Positions 52,198 to 63,265 of a stretch of 64,000 nt of DNA are shown here, in pieces. Below the pieces are notes generated by a model. The model did not search any database and was not told where the DNA came from. It worked only from the letters and a program-made list of their open reading frames with translations. The DNA comes from Antedon mediterranea (taxonomy: Eukaryota; Animalia; Echinodermata), in NCBI RefSeq assembly GCF_964355755.1, contig NC_092675.1:29050912-29114911 (forward strand), read 5' to 3'. The position numbers and the translations under genes are program-made. Numbering within the stretch: position 1 is the first letter of the stretch; each line of letters starts with the position of its first letter.

Positions 52198-52341
52198 AGC
52201 TCCGTGTAAACTATCAAACTAGTTTAACAAAAAAAGTATGATTTGCTCAATTATGGTAGTCATATCCAAATATGGTAGTGATATTTCATCATCATGTCCA
52301 TATATGGGCACATTACATGTTTTTGTCAGTTAAACTTTGAT
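52198..52341 (-). mobile_element. MITE family A, degenerate, inverted (another remnant at ~53450-53560)
   Basis: Reverse core tatggtagtgatat..catcatcatgtccatatatgggcac. Confidence 0.8.
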
Positions 52342-53245
52342 TGGTTGGTTTGAAGACACTATTATATCACTAACTAGTAACAAGTGTTAATAGATACTTT
52401 TTATAATCTAGAATAAAATATACTCCACACATCTATTGTTGCCCAATGCATACAAATGCTATTGCTACTAGTACTACCCTTGCTTTATTTCATTTTTTTG
52501 CATATAAATTATTACTGTATATTTAACTATTTGTACAGTAATTAAGAAAAATACAAATGTTATAGAAATACTAATAATACAGTGTGTGTTAATACTGTTT
52601 AGAATCTAAATTCATAAAAATATAAGTGTTTGCATTTTTACTGTTCAAAATAGAAAACGCACTCAACTTTATATTAGGTTGAGCTATCTTTATAACTTTA
52701 TTAGTAATGTTAAAACATATGGAATTTTCAGGGGTATTTTATTCAAAATATTGGAATGCAATAATAGAATACACTGTACATTGCTGCACCTTCTTTATAA
52801 TGTTCAATTCATTATTATATTCATCTATTATAAATTTATTATCTATAAATTTACATTTGTCTATTGTTTTTATATAATAAGTACGTTCAACCAAATGAAT
52901 GCATCATAGTCTTCAGACTATGAATCAGAATTAATATTGTATTCAAATTTTGTTTGTGCCTAGGTTTACCTGGGTAAACCAATAATTGCCATACTATCCC
53001 CAAAAAGAGAGATGCATGGAAAACAGAATAATTAATTTGAACACCCCTATTTCTTACACTATTAATATTATTTGTTTTTGTTAATAAAGTCCAATAGTAT
53101 GTTACTGCCATGTCAGGTTTGTTGCAATATTATATATACTGTATATATAAAAAACTGTAGGTGGCGGTCAATAGAAATCAATTACAAATAATGACTTAAT
53201 ATTATGACAATAATTTGACTGAACTACTGTACATGTTGTTTACAG

Positions 53246-53335
53246 GTGGGTCGGTGCTTAATGGGCATGGTGCCGTTGACAGTTTTGCCGCTCGAGGAGT
53301 GTTTACAGCGACAGAACTAAGGCGGGCAACAAGAC
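53246..53335 (+). CDS. NFI: NFI exon (GSVLNGHGAVDSFAARGVFTATELRRATR)
   Basis: tttacag acceptor and C|gtaagt donor; 90 nt. Matches the vertebrate NFI motif [20 protein letters not shown]. Confidence 0.93.
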
Positions 53336-54959
53336 GTAAGTACTAATTTGCACCTTTAAAATGCATTTTCAGAAATTGTGGAATTCTTTGATGTACTGGA
53401 CCTCATTTAGTTCATTAACTTGTTTTCATCCAACCAATTTTGGAACCTCATTACAAAAAAGTGCGATGTGCCCAAATATGATAGTGATATGACTTCATTG
53501 TGTCCATTATTATGAGCACTGTGTCCATTATTACAGTATTGGCACATCACATTTTTTAGGCTCACTAAAATTGTGTTTACCTAAAATCAATTTTTGGACC
53601 TCATTGCTTAGTTTTGTGAAAAGTTATATAGAAAGGATCTGTTGCTTCCTTTGACACATACTGTATTATTTATTTCTTTATCAAAATAATTGAATAATGA
53701 CTAACTCTTTGAAATTGTAAAAAAAATTATCGTAACTGGGATAATCGGTCGAGCATGATAACTTTGGCCAAGAATGATACCCATTTTGCAGAAGTTACAA
53801 TGACCCCTCTTTTTAGGTGCCACCATCTTACTATTGGTATCGTGGGGCTAAGTAACAAAAGGTTCATTGCCCTAGGATCATATGTGACTATGTCATGTTC
53901 AAATTATGACATGCCAGCAAATTGTCCATTCTTTTGTCATTTGAATTGTACTAAAAACAGATGTTTTAGAACCAACAATTGGAAGGTAGTGGCGTTCAGT
54001 GTGCATGTGCTCCCTTGAGACCTGCAACCCTTGCTGCATTCTGTTTTAACTCTGTTTAATTTCATTGCATTTCTATTTGGCATCAATTTTGTTTCAAAGT
54101 AGGGATTCATGTTTTATGTTATCATGTGTGTTGGCAACAGATTAGGGTTAATAGTTCTTCATATTTTAAACTTTAATGTTGTGTTTTACCAGCTTAAATA
54201 TAAATTTAGATATTTTATTGCAACTCTAAATGATGCAAATCTAGCATTGACCTTGTAACTCCAAAGGTTGCAAACGTACTGCTATTCTTGCATCTCCAAA
54301 AGTTGCAAACTCCCTCCAACAGAATTATAAATCATAAAAATATTGAATTGTTTTTTATTTATTTATAATTATTGTTGTTACTAATCCTGATTTCACATGA
54401 CAAACTTGTTAACATTAAAACTAAATTAAACTAATGTGATTATGCAATACATCAAATTGCGTCGATACATCGTTGCGTTCTAGTGAGAACCACGCTTTAG
54501 ATATTAAAGTATTCTCAAATTTTAAATACACCTTAGACTTTTTAGTAGCTACATCACAGAACACCTAAGACCTAAATTAGCATAATTAAGATCAAATATG
54601 TGTTAGATTGCAACCTTTATTTTCAGGCATCAGTGTAGAAACATGTTAAATCTCAGCTTAAAATGGTGCTGCTAAATAATAATCCATTTACCCTTTGTGT
54701 TAAAAGTCCTATTGTTCATTAAATAACTCTTTTCAATTAAAATGGAGTTTATAAATACCTGATTTTTTCTGATAGAGTAGTCATGTACAATCATTGAAAA
54801 TACAAATGTTACATTACTTGTATAACACACAAACATGCACTTTCTATTAGAAGTGTAGTGTTATGATATGGCAACATATTAGAAGTGTAGGCGGCCTACT
54901 ATAGTATAAATTCTTCTTTGTTCATCACACAAAAAATATACATTTTGTTATTGTTTAGA

Positions 54960-55218
54960 CAGTATAACCCCCCTTTTGAATACCCTTATTCAAGGGACAC
55001 CTTAATACATTTCTGTGGAACGAACGAGGAGCAGTATGTTGTAACACTAGGCCAACCACTTATTTATTTATTTGAACCATATTTAATGAGAGTGATCCAT
55101 CCAGCAATTGCTGATCATTTGGAAAACCCCTATTTAAGTGACACCGCTATTAAGTGACACCGCTATTAAGAAAACACTGTTGCGCCTTGAAGGTGTCCCC
55201 TAAATAGGGCTTGTACTG
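54960..55218. mobile_element. Degenerate pogo/Tigger-like MITE
   Basis: cagtataacccc...aagggacacc / ggtgtcccctaaatagggcttgtactg|ta. A similar remnant lies at ~60828-60900. Confidence 0.5.
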
Positions 55219-55314
55219 TAATTTTTTCTGCTGTTTTTATATATTTTTTTAAACAATACATCCATATAATACAATACAGTTATAGCTTCTATATCACTTC
55301 TTTTTCTTATTTAG

Positions 55315-55602
55315 CACCAATCTGTAACGGAGCCAACGTAACTGGTTTAAGTTTCCCAGGGGACCTTGACAGTCCGAACATGTGTCAGTTCTCTAGTTCA
55401 TTCCCGGGGGTAGCACACCCTATAAACCTCCGGAGAACGCCAATGTCACAGGCCCAACCGCAACCTATGAAACGACAGAAGAGAATCTCCAGTAGCATGG
55501 ATGATGATATTGATAGTGTCGGCGAAGAAAAGATCTACGGTCATTCCCCTGCCTCCGTCAGCAGTCACTCGTCTGGTTGGCATAGCGACATTGATCCCGC
55601 CG
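55315..55602 (+). CDS. NFI: NFI exon (PICNGANVTGLSFPGDLDS...KRQKRISSSMDDDIDSVGEE...SSGWHSDIDPA)
   Basis: tttag acceptor and G|gtaag donor; 288 nt, phase 1-1. Resembles vertebrate KRLKS.EDEMDSPGEE..SQSSGWHE and includes a basic NLS-like motif. Confidence 0.93.
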
Positions 55603-56344
55603 GTAAGAAATGAAATGTTTTAATCATTTTCGAGTCATGTGGGATTCTTAAAGTTAAATTCAATTTAAAATTCCTGTCATTTATACTATATTTACTGAAT
55701 TATCGAATCTTTAATATTGTTATCAAACATTAGTCATGTGACCGGCCTCTAAACTTATCAACCAATGAATGCTTAGAATCAAGTAAGATTGTCTGTTGCT
55801 TCGTAATGTTTAGCCAATCAGACGTTTGCTGTATAAGTACTTTAGTACCTGTGGGTATTGAATGGAGACGTTAAACTAAATTAATTATAATCATTTGAAT
55901 TGATTGATTTTGAAGTTAGTTGTATTGTTTTTAAATCGGAGCAGACATGAATGACCGTTGATAGTTGTCCTTAAATAATTCATTCTCACTCTTTATTATA
56001 TTATTGTAAACCAATGCATTGCAATGTAAAATTAACTGTCTATATCTCCTGTATTTCTTCCTAAGAAAACAAAAATAAGTAATACTGTAACATTTGTTCA
56101 GTCAGAATTCATGAACTGTAGGGCTTCCCTTTACATTACATATTTGAACGCAATATATAGTTGATTTAATCATCAATTTGCTATAATGTCATCAGGTTTG
56201 CTATGATGATGCTAAATGATAATAATAAATTATAGAGTACAGAGGCAATTTATTATTTTAAAATGAGTTATTTGGTCTATTTTCTATTTTTAAATAATTA
56301 GTTTTATTTCAAATATTAATATTTACTGTCTTTTTCTATTAAAG

Positions 56345-56539
56345 GTCAAAGTCCGGGTGCAGTGCCGTCACCAAATATTATTCACTCCAACAAGGTAAAA
56401 ATTTCAGAGAAGGGCAGTAACTTTACAAATACGATTTCACCAACCAATGGAATGGCAGCGTTACTGAAGGTTCAACCTAAACTGGAGCCAAATCTAGTAG
56501 GATCATTTAGAAGTTGTGCTAATGAAAGTGATCTGAGAG
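56345..56539 (+). CDS. NFI: NFI exon (QSPGAVPSPNIIHSNKVKISEK...ANESDLR)
   Basis: Pyrimidine tract + aag acceptor and AG|gtgagt donor; 195 nt, open, phase 1-1. PSP..K.SEK.NF resembles vertebrate MPSPTTLKKSEKSGF. Confidence 0.87.
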
Positions 56540-57047
56540 GTGAGTAAAGGTTTAATTGTACATAGTGATTTTGTCTTCACTAGATGAGTAAAGACCTAGT
56601 CAAATTGTACCTAGTGATCTGTCATCACTAGGTAAGTGATTGTCTTCACTAGGTGAGTAAAGGCCTAGTTCAATTATACCTAGTAATCTGTCTTCACTAG
56701 ATGAGTACTAGTCAAATTGTATCTAGTGATCTGTCATCACTAGGTGAGTGATTGTCTTCACTAGGTGAGTAAAGACCTAGTTCAATTATACCTAGTAATC
56801 TGTCTTCACTAGATGAGTACTAGTCAAATTGTACCTAGTGTTCTGTCATCACTAGGTGAGTGATTGTCTTCACTAGGTGAGTAAAGACCTAGTCAAATTG
56901 TACCTAGTGATCTGTCATCACTAGGTAAGTGATTGTCTTCACTAGGTGAGTAAAGGCCTAGTTCAATTATACCTAGTAATCTGTCTTCACTAGATGAGTA
57001 CTAGTCAAATTGTACCTAGTGTTCTGTCATCACTAGGTGAGTAAAGG
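56526..57047 (+). repeat. Complex satellite (112-bp higher-order unit of ~21/49/42-bp sub-repeats) starting at an NFI splice donor
   Basis: ctaggtgagt...tcaaattgtacctagtgatctgtcatca is repeated. Equivalent positions 56632, 56744 and 56856 are 112 bp apart. Confidence 0.93.
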
Positions 57048-57559
57048 TTGTTATGCTTTCGAAATGCAAGCAATGTCATATTATATTGTTATGTCGTAAC
57101 AGCAAAGTGTTCAGATTTGCTTAACTAAGCCTTTCGTTTGAAATTGAAGTGTCACCGATTTGCGCGAACATCTGGTATGCAGGAGTAAATTTGATTAGAG
57201 GTCAAAATCGTTGATGCATGACTTTCGTATCGTAAGCGTCATTCACTAATCTTGTACCCCTGTCATAAGAGGTAGTTCAGACCTATGGAGTTGTACTCCG
57301 CATATGATTCAAAAGCATAACTTTTTAGGTCTGAGCAGGCCCTAAGCCTGGTTTCATACTTCACTGGTAAAGGTTGACTTAAAGAGTGCTTTTGTCTATA
57401 AGTATCACAGTCTTCACTGTATGATTGCTTCACTGTGACATTTTTCCTTCATTTAACTCAAGTTCAAAATTGTGAATTAAGATTATTAGAATCATTAAAA
57501 TTATCAGCTAAAAAAATTGTTTTTTACTTTAATAAGTTTTTTTTTTGCTTGAATTTCAG

Positions 57560-57681
57560 TGGCCACATCACTTTATTCGCTCAACCAGTCTGATTTCTTC
57601 GGCACTCACTCTCGTAGTATACAGGGCAACAATTTAACAGATTTTGTACAGTATGTTTGTGATCAGGAAACAAATAACCAG
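57560..57681 (+). CDS. NFI: NFI exon (ATSLYSLNQSDFFG...NLTDFVQYVCDQETNNQ)
   Basis: tttcag acceptor and CAG|gtatgt donor; 122 nt, phase 1-0. LxDFVQxVC is the conserved NFI motif (vertebrate LKEFVQLVC). Confidence 0.92.
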
Positions 57682-58250
57682 GTATGTTCAATATCATTGT
57701 TCATCATTCTTCTTATCTCATTTATATCTAATTATACTCCTATGTAGTTTTAAAGAGGCAAAATCACGACTATACTACATTCAACATTGAATACTGTTTT
57801 ATTTTATACTCCGATTGTATTAACAACTGTCTTATTAAAAAGTCTTTTCTCTCAGAATTTAGCATAAATTAGGGGTTGGGGTTATATTTCAGCATAATAT
57901 TAATAATATAATAATAAAGATTTCTAGAGCGCACACCTTGCCACCAAAGATACTCAAGGCGCTTAATTATACTGATTTACAATATGTTGGTTCATATGGA
58001 GTTTCTTTTTGTGACCAAGGAGTTGATCAGCTCAATAGTAAGCGTTCCATTCGGGACGGTAGACAAAAAAAAAAATGGTCATTTAACATAATACAGTCTG
58101 CTATATTAAGTTTTTCATCTACAGTCCCGAAATGAAAGCTTACCAATATGTAAATGGTAATTATTGTGGTTTAAACCTCATATTACAAAGTCAATTTTAA
58201 TTTCAAATTTGTAGAATAATATTAACTTTTACCTATTTTGTTGCCAACAG

Positions 58251-58416
58251 CATGGTATTACAGGTAATGCAAATACAAAGATAGCCGGATTTATTCCTGC
58301 CACGATGCTACCCCCTCCACCACCGCCACCTATGGCCCGACCAGTTGCTATAGCAACGTCAATTGGTCAAACAGGGGTGTTATCAATGTCAAACCCATCG
58401 ATTGGCAGCACACCAG
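58251..58416 (+). CDS. NFI: NFI proline-rich activation-domain exon (…ATMLPPPPPPPMARPVAI…)
   Basis: caacag acceptor and G|gttagt donor; 166 nt, phase 0-1. MLPPPPPPPMARPV matches vertebrate NFIA/NFIB. Confidence 0.95.
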
Positions 58417-58851
58417 GTTAGTTAACTATTCTTATATTGTTATTGTGTTTATTGTTTAAAGCACAAACAAACAAGTTAGTGGACAAATCTAATTCCATGA
58501 CCTAGATGATCGTAGAGGCGTAGCAGATGAGATACAGTAGTAGTACTCATCATAATGCAATGCACAGGCATAAGCCATATTTCCCAGTGGTGCCCATTTC
58601 CTCTCTGGTCTGGCAGGGTATTTTGCTGGATGGCCGTCGTTGGTTCTCCTGAACCGACGCCCTTGTAGTTAGTTTTTTGTTTTTAGTACCAACTGGGTGT
58701 CCAAGTTTTAGAGGAGGTTTAGTCACCGGTGTGTGGCAGTAGCTGTGACAAATAATTGAATTTAATTAATTGTAAAAATTATTTTTTAAATCATTAAATT
58801 GAGGTAGTTACTATTGATATTATTATTGAATTATTTTTACCATTTTAATAG

Positions 58852-58967
58852 GAACAACAAGTGTAGTGAGTGCTTGTCCAACGACACCACCGGGCAGAAG
58901 TGTCATGCACAGTCCGTTCACCGTCTTACACAGGCCAGAGAACACCATGTTATACACACAACAACAG
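58852..58967 (+). CDS. NFI: NFI exon (TTSVVSACPTTPPGRSVMHSPFTVLHRPENTMLYTQQQ)
   Basis: ttttaatag acceptor and CAG|gtacat donor; 116 nt, open, phase 1-0. Confidence 0.85.
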
Positions 58968-58992
58968 GTACATATGCTTATTGAAATACTTT

Positions 58993-59240
58993 GGTTCGAG
59001 TGAGTTAGCGGTTAAGACAGTAGAACCGTAATTACATTCAGCAAGGGTTCAAGCCTCACCCGCTCAATGGTTCTGGTGGTAGAACAAGTCTTCTCGGATA
59101 AGGACTATAAACCGTTGGTCCAGTGTACACATCTGGCTCATGTGCACTTAAAAGTACCTAGTACATCTTTCGAGATGAGTAGGGGGTTACACCGGTGTGT
59201 CTTTGACTGAAAAGGTTACCCAGTATAAATAAATAACAAA
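58993..59240 (+). mobile_element. tRNA-headed SINE with Deu/Nin-type central domain
   Basis: A-box-like and B-box (ggttcaagcc) head. The core gtcttctcggataaggactataaaccg..gtgcacttaaaag..ttcgagatgagtaggggg..ccggtgt resembles the Deu domain as recalled. Ends in an (aaat)n tail. Confidence 0.7.
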
Positions 59241-59481
59241 TTTAGAATTCACAAATGTTAAGCTATGCTTGGAGAGCCTTGCAAAATAATAATATTCTAC
59301 TTAATCGTTTAGTAACAAAATGTCATCTGAACCTTTTAGAGGTTTGATTCCAGGCAGTGATCTGAAGCCTGTATGTCCGTAAACTTGTTATATTTCCTCA
59401 TCTTCTTAATTACCTCATTTTCACATCACATTGGCCAAATGCTTGGTTGTAAAACAATTGGTACTTTTTGTTTTAAAGCAG

Positions 59482-59665
59482 TTGTTATCATACCCAAATA
59501 TAAGCCCAGTGAATATCAGCCCAACGACATTCAGTCCGACTACATTTAGCCTTCTGACTTCACCTGTGGCCACACCAAGAACTACACCAAGATCAACGCC
59601 GATACCCAGGTGGACAACGCCCCTGATATCGTTGGATGAGAATGCAGATTACGCCATGTTAGCAG
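59482..59665 (+). CDS. NFI: NFI SP/TP-rich exon (LLSYPNISPVNISPTTFSPTTF...SPVATPRTTPRSTPIPRW...DYAMLA)
   Basis: aag-cag tandem acceptor (start 59479 or 59482) and G|gtgtgt donor; phase 0-1, open. Confidence 0.87.
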
Positions 59666-59732
59666 GTGTGTAGCTCTAGTTTGTGTGGCACTTTGGTAAA
59701 GAAGACAGTATTGTCCTTGTTCATGTTTCTAA

Positions 59733-59870
59733 AGCTCTGTCTATACTATCAAACTTTATGTGACAAAAAAATGTAATGTGCCCATATATGGACATGATGA
59801 TGTCATATCACTACCATATTTGAGCATATCAAACTTTTTGTCAAACTAGTTTGATAGTGTAGACAGAGCT
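59733..59870 (+). mobile_element. MITE family A, full length
   Basis: Both TIRs present with a perfect TAA target-site duplication. Confidence 0.92.
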
Positions 59871-59996
59871 TAACATTTATTGGCTTATAAATAAAAGCGT
59901 TAGGCAACATAATATCATGTTTGATTTTTTTTTTCTGGTTGTTCATTGTTTTTAAGAATAAGTTTACTCAAAATGTTTTTCTTTTCTATTGTGTAG

Positions 59997-60044
59997 GAAT
60001 GATTCCAGGTGCAGCGACGGATGAATCTATCATTAGTAATGATG
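59997..60044 (+). CDS. NFI: NFI small exon (MIPGAATDESIISND)
   Basis: Pyrimidine tract + gtgtag acceptor and G|gtaaga donor; 48 nt, phase 1-1. Confidence 0.83.
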
Positions 60045-60986
60045 GTAAGAAGTAGCTATATATCTACAATTTACCAAGCATTTTGATACAATTTTTACTG
60101 TATTTTATCACTTCTTCTTTTAATTTCATTTCATTTTATTGCATATCAAAATCGCAGCCAATGGCTGAATTACATGATACTTACAAATATAAAAACATTT
60201 AAAACAGGCATAAAACAGTATATAAAGTTCACATAGAAATCAAAGAACAAATAAAAGTGGAATCAAACATATTGCACAACTTCTGTTTCACATCTAGTAG
60301 TATTTATTTTATTATACACAATAAACCTTTCCCTTAAATAAACTCCCCATAAAATTCCTCCTGATTAATAAACACTCTGGGGAATTTATTCAAATAAACA
60401 CGATTTTATATGCATAGCATTCTGATTGTCATAGCAATATGGACAATATATCCAAGCATAAGTTGTAGTTAGCATTTTGCGAATGCTGGTATAACTTAAT
60501 TTCGAATAACACACAATTTTTATGAACTGAACAACATGCTATTTATTACTCTCAAATTCTATGCATATTCTCAGAACAATTGATTAAAATTCTTGGAAAG
60601 AACATGACGTGCTTAGTATTAGGTAGATGATACTATGCAGGCAGTTGTTGAACATGTATTCAACATCCCAGTGGGAGCGCATTGCTACACCTTTCTACCC
60701 TGTTGTCATCATGTTAACATGCCTCACAAATGTTGCACGTTCAGCTTTTTTTTTTTTTTTTTTTTCATACTCAGTGTAGACAGAGGTTTAGAATAATAAA
60801 TGAAGTAGAATCATGCTACGTGAGTAATGTAGAACTCCTATTAAAGGGACACCTTTCAGGACCCAAAAATGTCTCACCTTAAAAGAATGAGTTCTGCTGT
60901 ATTTTCATTAATTGGCCATGCAAACAATTGATATTTCCCTTTTTTTTTTGTTTCAAATTTTAATGCTTTCTACTTTATTTTTACAG

Positions 60987-61066
60987 AGCAGAGATTTGTA
61001 CCAGTTCTAATGAACACCGAGCCAATGGATACAACTAACAGTGTGCCTAACACCCCCACCAAGTAG
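60987..61066 (+). CDS. NFI: NFI last coding exon (EQRFVPVLMNTEPMDTTNSVPNTPTK*)
   Basis: tttttacag acceptor, phase 1 compatible, TAG at 61064-61066. Followed by an AT-rich 3' UTR-like region with several AATAAA near 62730-62960. Confidence 0.82.
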
Positions 61067-61215
61067 CTGATTGGTCCGTTAGTTTGATAGTTGATAGCCA
61101 CCAAGAAGTTGATTGGTCTGTTAGCTTGGTGTCGCTTCTACTAAACAGCTGATTGGTCTTTTAGCTCTATGTTAACGCCCACAACTTAGACATTTGGTCT
61201 ATTAGCTTGGTAATG
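61053..61215 (+). repeat. Degenerate ~41-bp tandem repeat (4 copies) spanning the NFI stop codon
   Basis: The core (ct/tt)gattggtc.gttagc recurs four times at ~40-bp spacing. Confidence 0.75.
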
Positions 61216-63009
61216 TGGAGTTGTGAATCTCAAACAAACAAACAAAGCAGCCATACCATTGAAGAAGAATTACCTACTTCATGTTTGTATATATATTATT
61301 ATATATAGCAAGAAAACCCAGTTTTTGTGCTTCCATATTTGTATATAGATATTACATTATATATATAAACAATGCACACTTTTGTGCTTATTTTGTTTCT
61401 TTTTCAAAATTATAATTCCATTATTAGTAAATAGTTAAGACAAGAAGAGCCTTGATATTTGAGAGTTGGCATGGATGTAGATTAGTACTACCTCTCTGGC
61501 TGTCGTCGTCATCGTCCTGTGTTCCCATTGGCTACTCTAACGACCAATAATCTGTCTGTCAGATTGCATCTCGCTCCATGTTTACTAAGAAATATGAAAT
61601 GGACACACTGGTTTGGAAATTGTAATAATTGAAAGCAATAATTTAAATTGAATATAGGTAATTGATTGTATATTATAATTGATTGATAAATTTATTGTTG
61701 AAGAAATGGGTAATATTTTTTTCTGACATATGATGTTGACTGCCAAGTAAACGTTTTCTTCAATGAAACATTTAAAAATGCTTCACAGAAAATAGATAAG
61801 GTCGATGGAAACGGAGAATGCAAAGAAATTGATGTAATATGTTGAGGTGCAATGAACTGCAGATTATGTGTTGTTATAATTTTTACTTATGTAGTGCTGC
61901 AACCAGTTAGAGCGCCCTCTATGGTATGGCCAGTTAGAGTGCCCTCTATAATGGCTTACACATTAGTGGGCAGTGTTACATTATGTGAGGGTAATACTGT
62001 AGATATAGAATGTTGACTGGTTTGTTGCGTTATGAGATGTAGAAGCCATGGGTAAAACAGGATCGAGAACATACAGTGAATTTTAATTACAGAAGGGATA
62101 TTTTATTATTAAGGATTGTATATATTGAAATGTGTATATTATTTTTTATTAAGAGTTGATAGGTGAATTGAAATATCACTGGTACATCCAACCGAAACAA
62201 TTAGCATGCTCAAAGATTGGTTTTAAAATATGGCTTATGTAAAAGAATAGAATTTTTAAAATGTTAATCAAATTTTAAATTAATTAGATTTTCTAAGGGT
62301 TTCAGAATTAACTGCTAAAAAAGATCAAAACTTAACATTTATTAAAATAGTTAATCTATGTTACTTAGATTTTCTTCCACTGTCTCTTCCATATTTTAAA
62401 TATTTATTTGCATCACCCAAAGGCCTCTCACTTTATAACATATAAAGGTTCTTAAACAAATGAAAATAAATTAATTTGTATTTTAATTATGTTTCTGAAT
62501 TGAATGAATGTTGACCCTTGACCTGCAACTTATCGTACATTTGAAATGTACAAAATATATGTGTCAAATTATGTTGTATTATTTTAATGCATTTTATTTC
62601 TTTGTAAAAATAGTTTTTAATTCTCACATGAAAGAGATGTTTCAATGAATTAACTGTTTAAAGTGAATTAAATATTTAAAAGTCAAACAGGGTAGTTTTA
62701 CACATAAGAAATGGAAATAATATTAAATTACAATAAACAAGATGTAGAGAAAACAAAATCTGTAGAATGAATTTGAATAAAACCATAGATAGCAATACAC
62801 AAAATTAATTCTGAACAGTTGACTGTGAAAATATGAAGTGAAACATTTTTTAACCAATCAAAGGTCAACATTTTTATTTTTAATAATAATAATAATAATT
62901 AATAAGGTTATTTGTAACTTCTGTACAGAAAAAGACAATTAAGCATGTTATAAATAAAATAAGTTTATATAAACTATCATCACGCATTCATGTGGTAGTG
63001 TTGATTCTT

Positions 63010-63265
63010 AGGCTACACTAGCAAACTTTTGTGTTCTGCTGCATACTCCGAGTATTTTAGTCTCTGTTACTGCAGGATCACATGACTACAAAGACTCTTA
63101 TTGATTGGCTGACAAACTTTAGCAAACTAGTTGGTCAAGAAGGTGCATGGCCTAACTTCTGAAAACTAGTTTTCTGCAGTTTAGCAAAGGTTTTCAAATG
63201 TTTGTATACACTTGCAGTTTGTTTAAGTTTGCATTTACTAAAGTTTGTTAGTGTAGACTAGTCTT
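63010..63265. mobile_element. Longer MITE related to family A
   Basis: ctacactagcaaactt / aagtttgttagtgtag inverted ends resemble the family A TIR. Confidence 0.6.
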
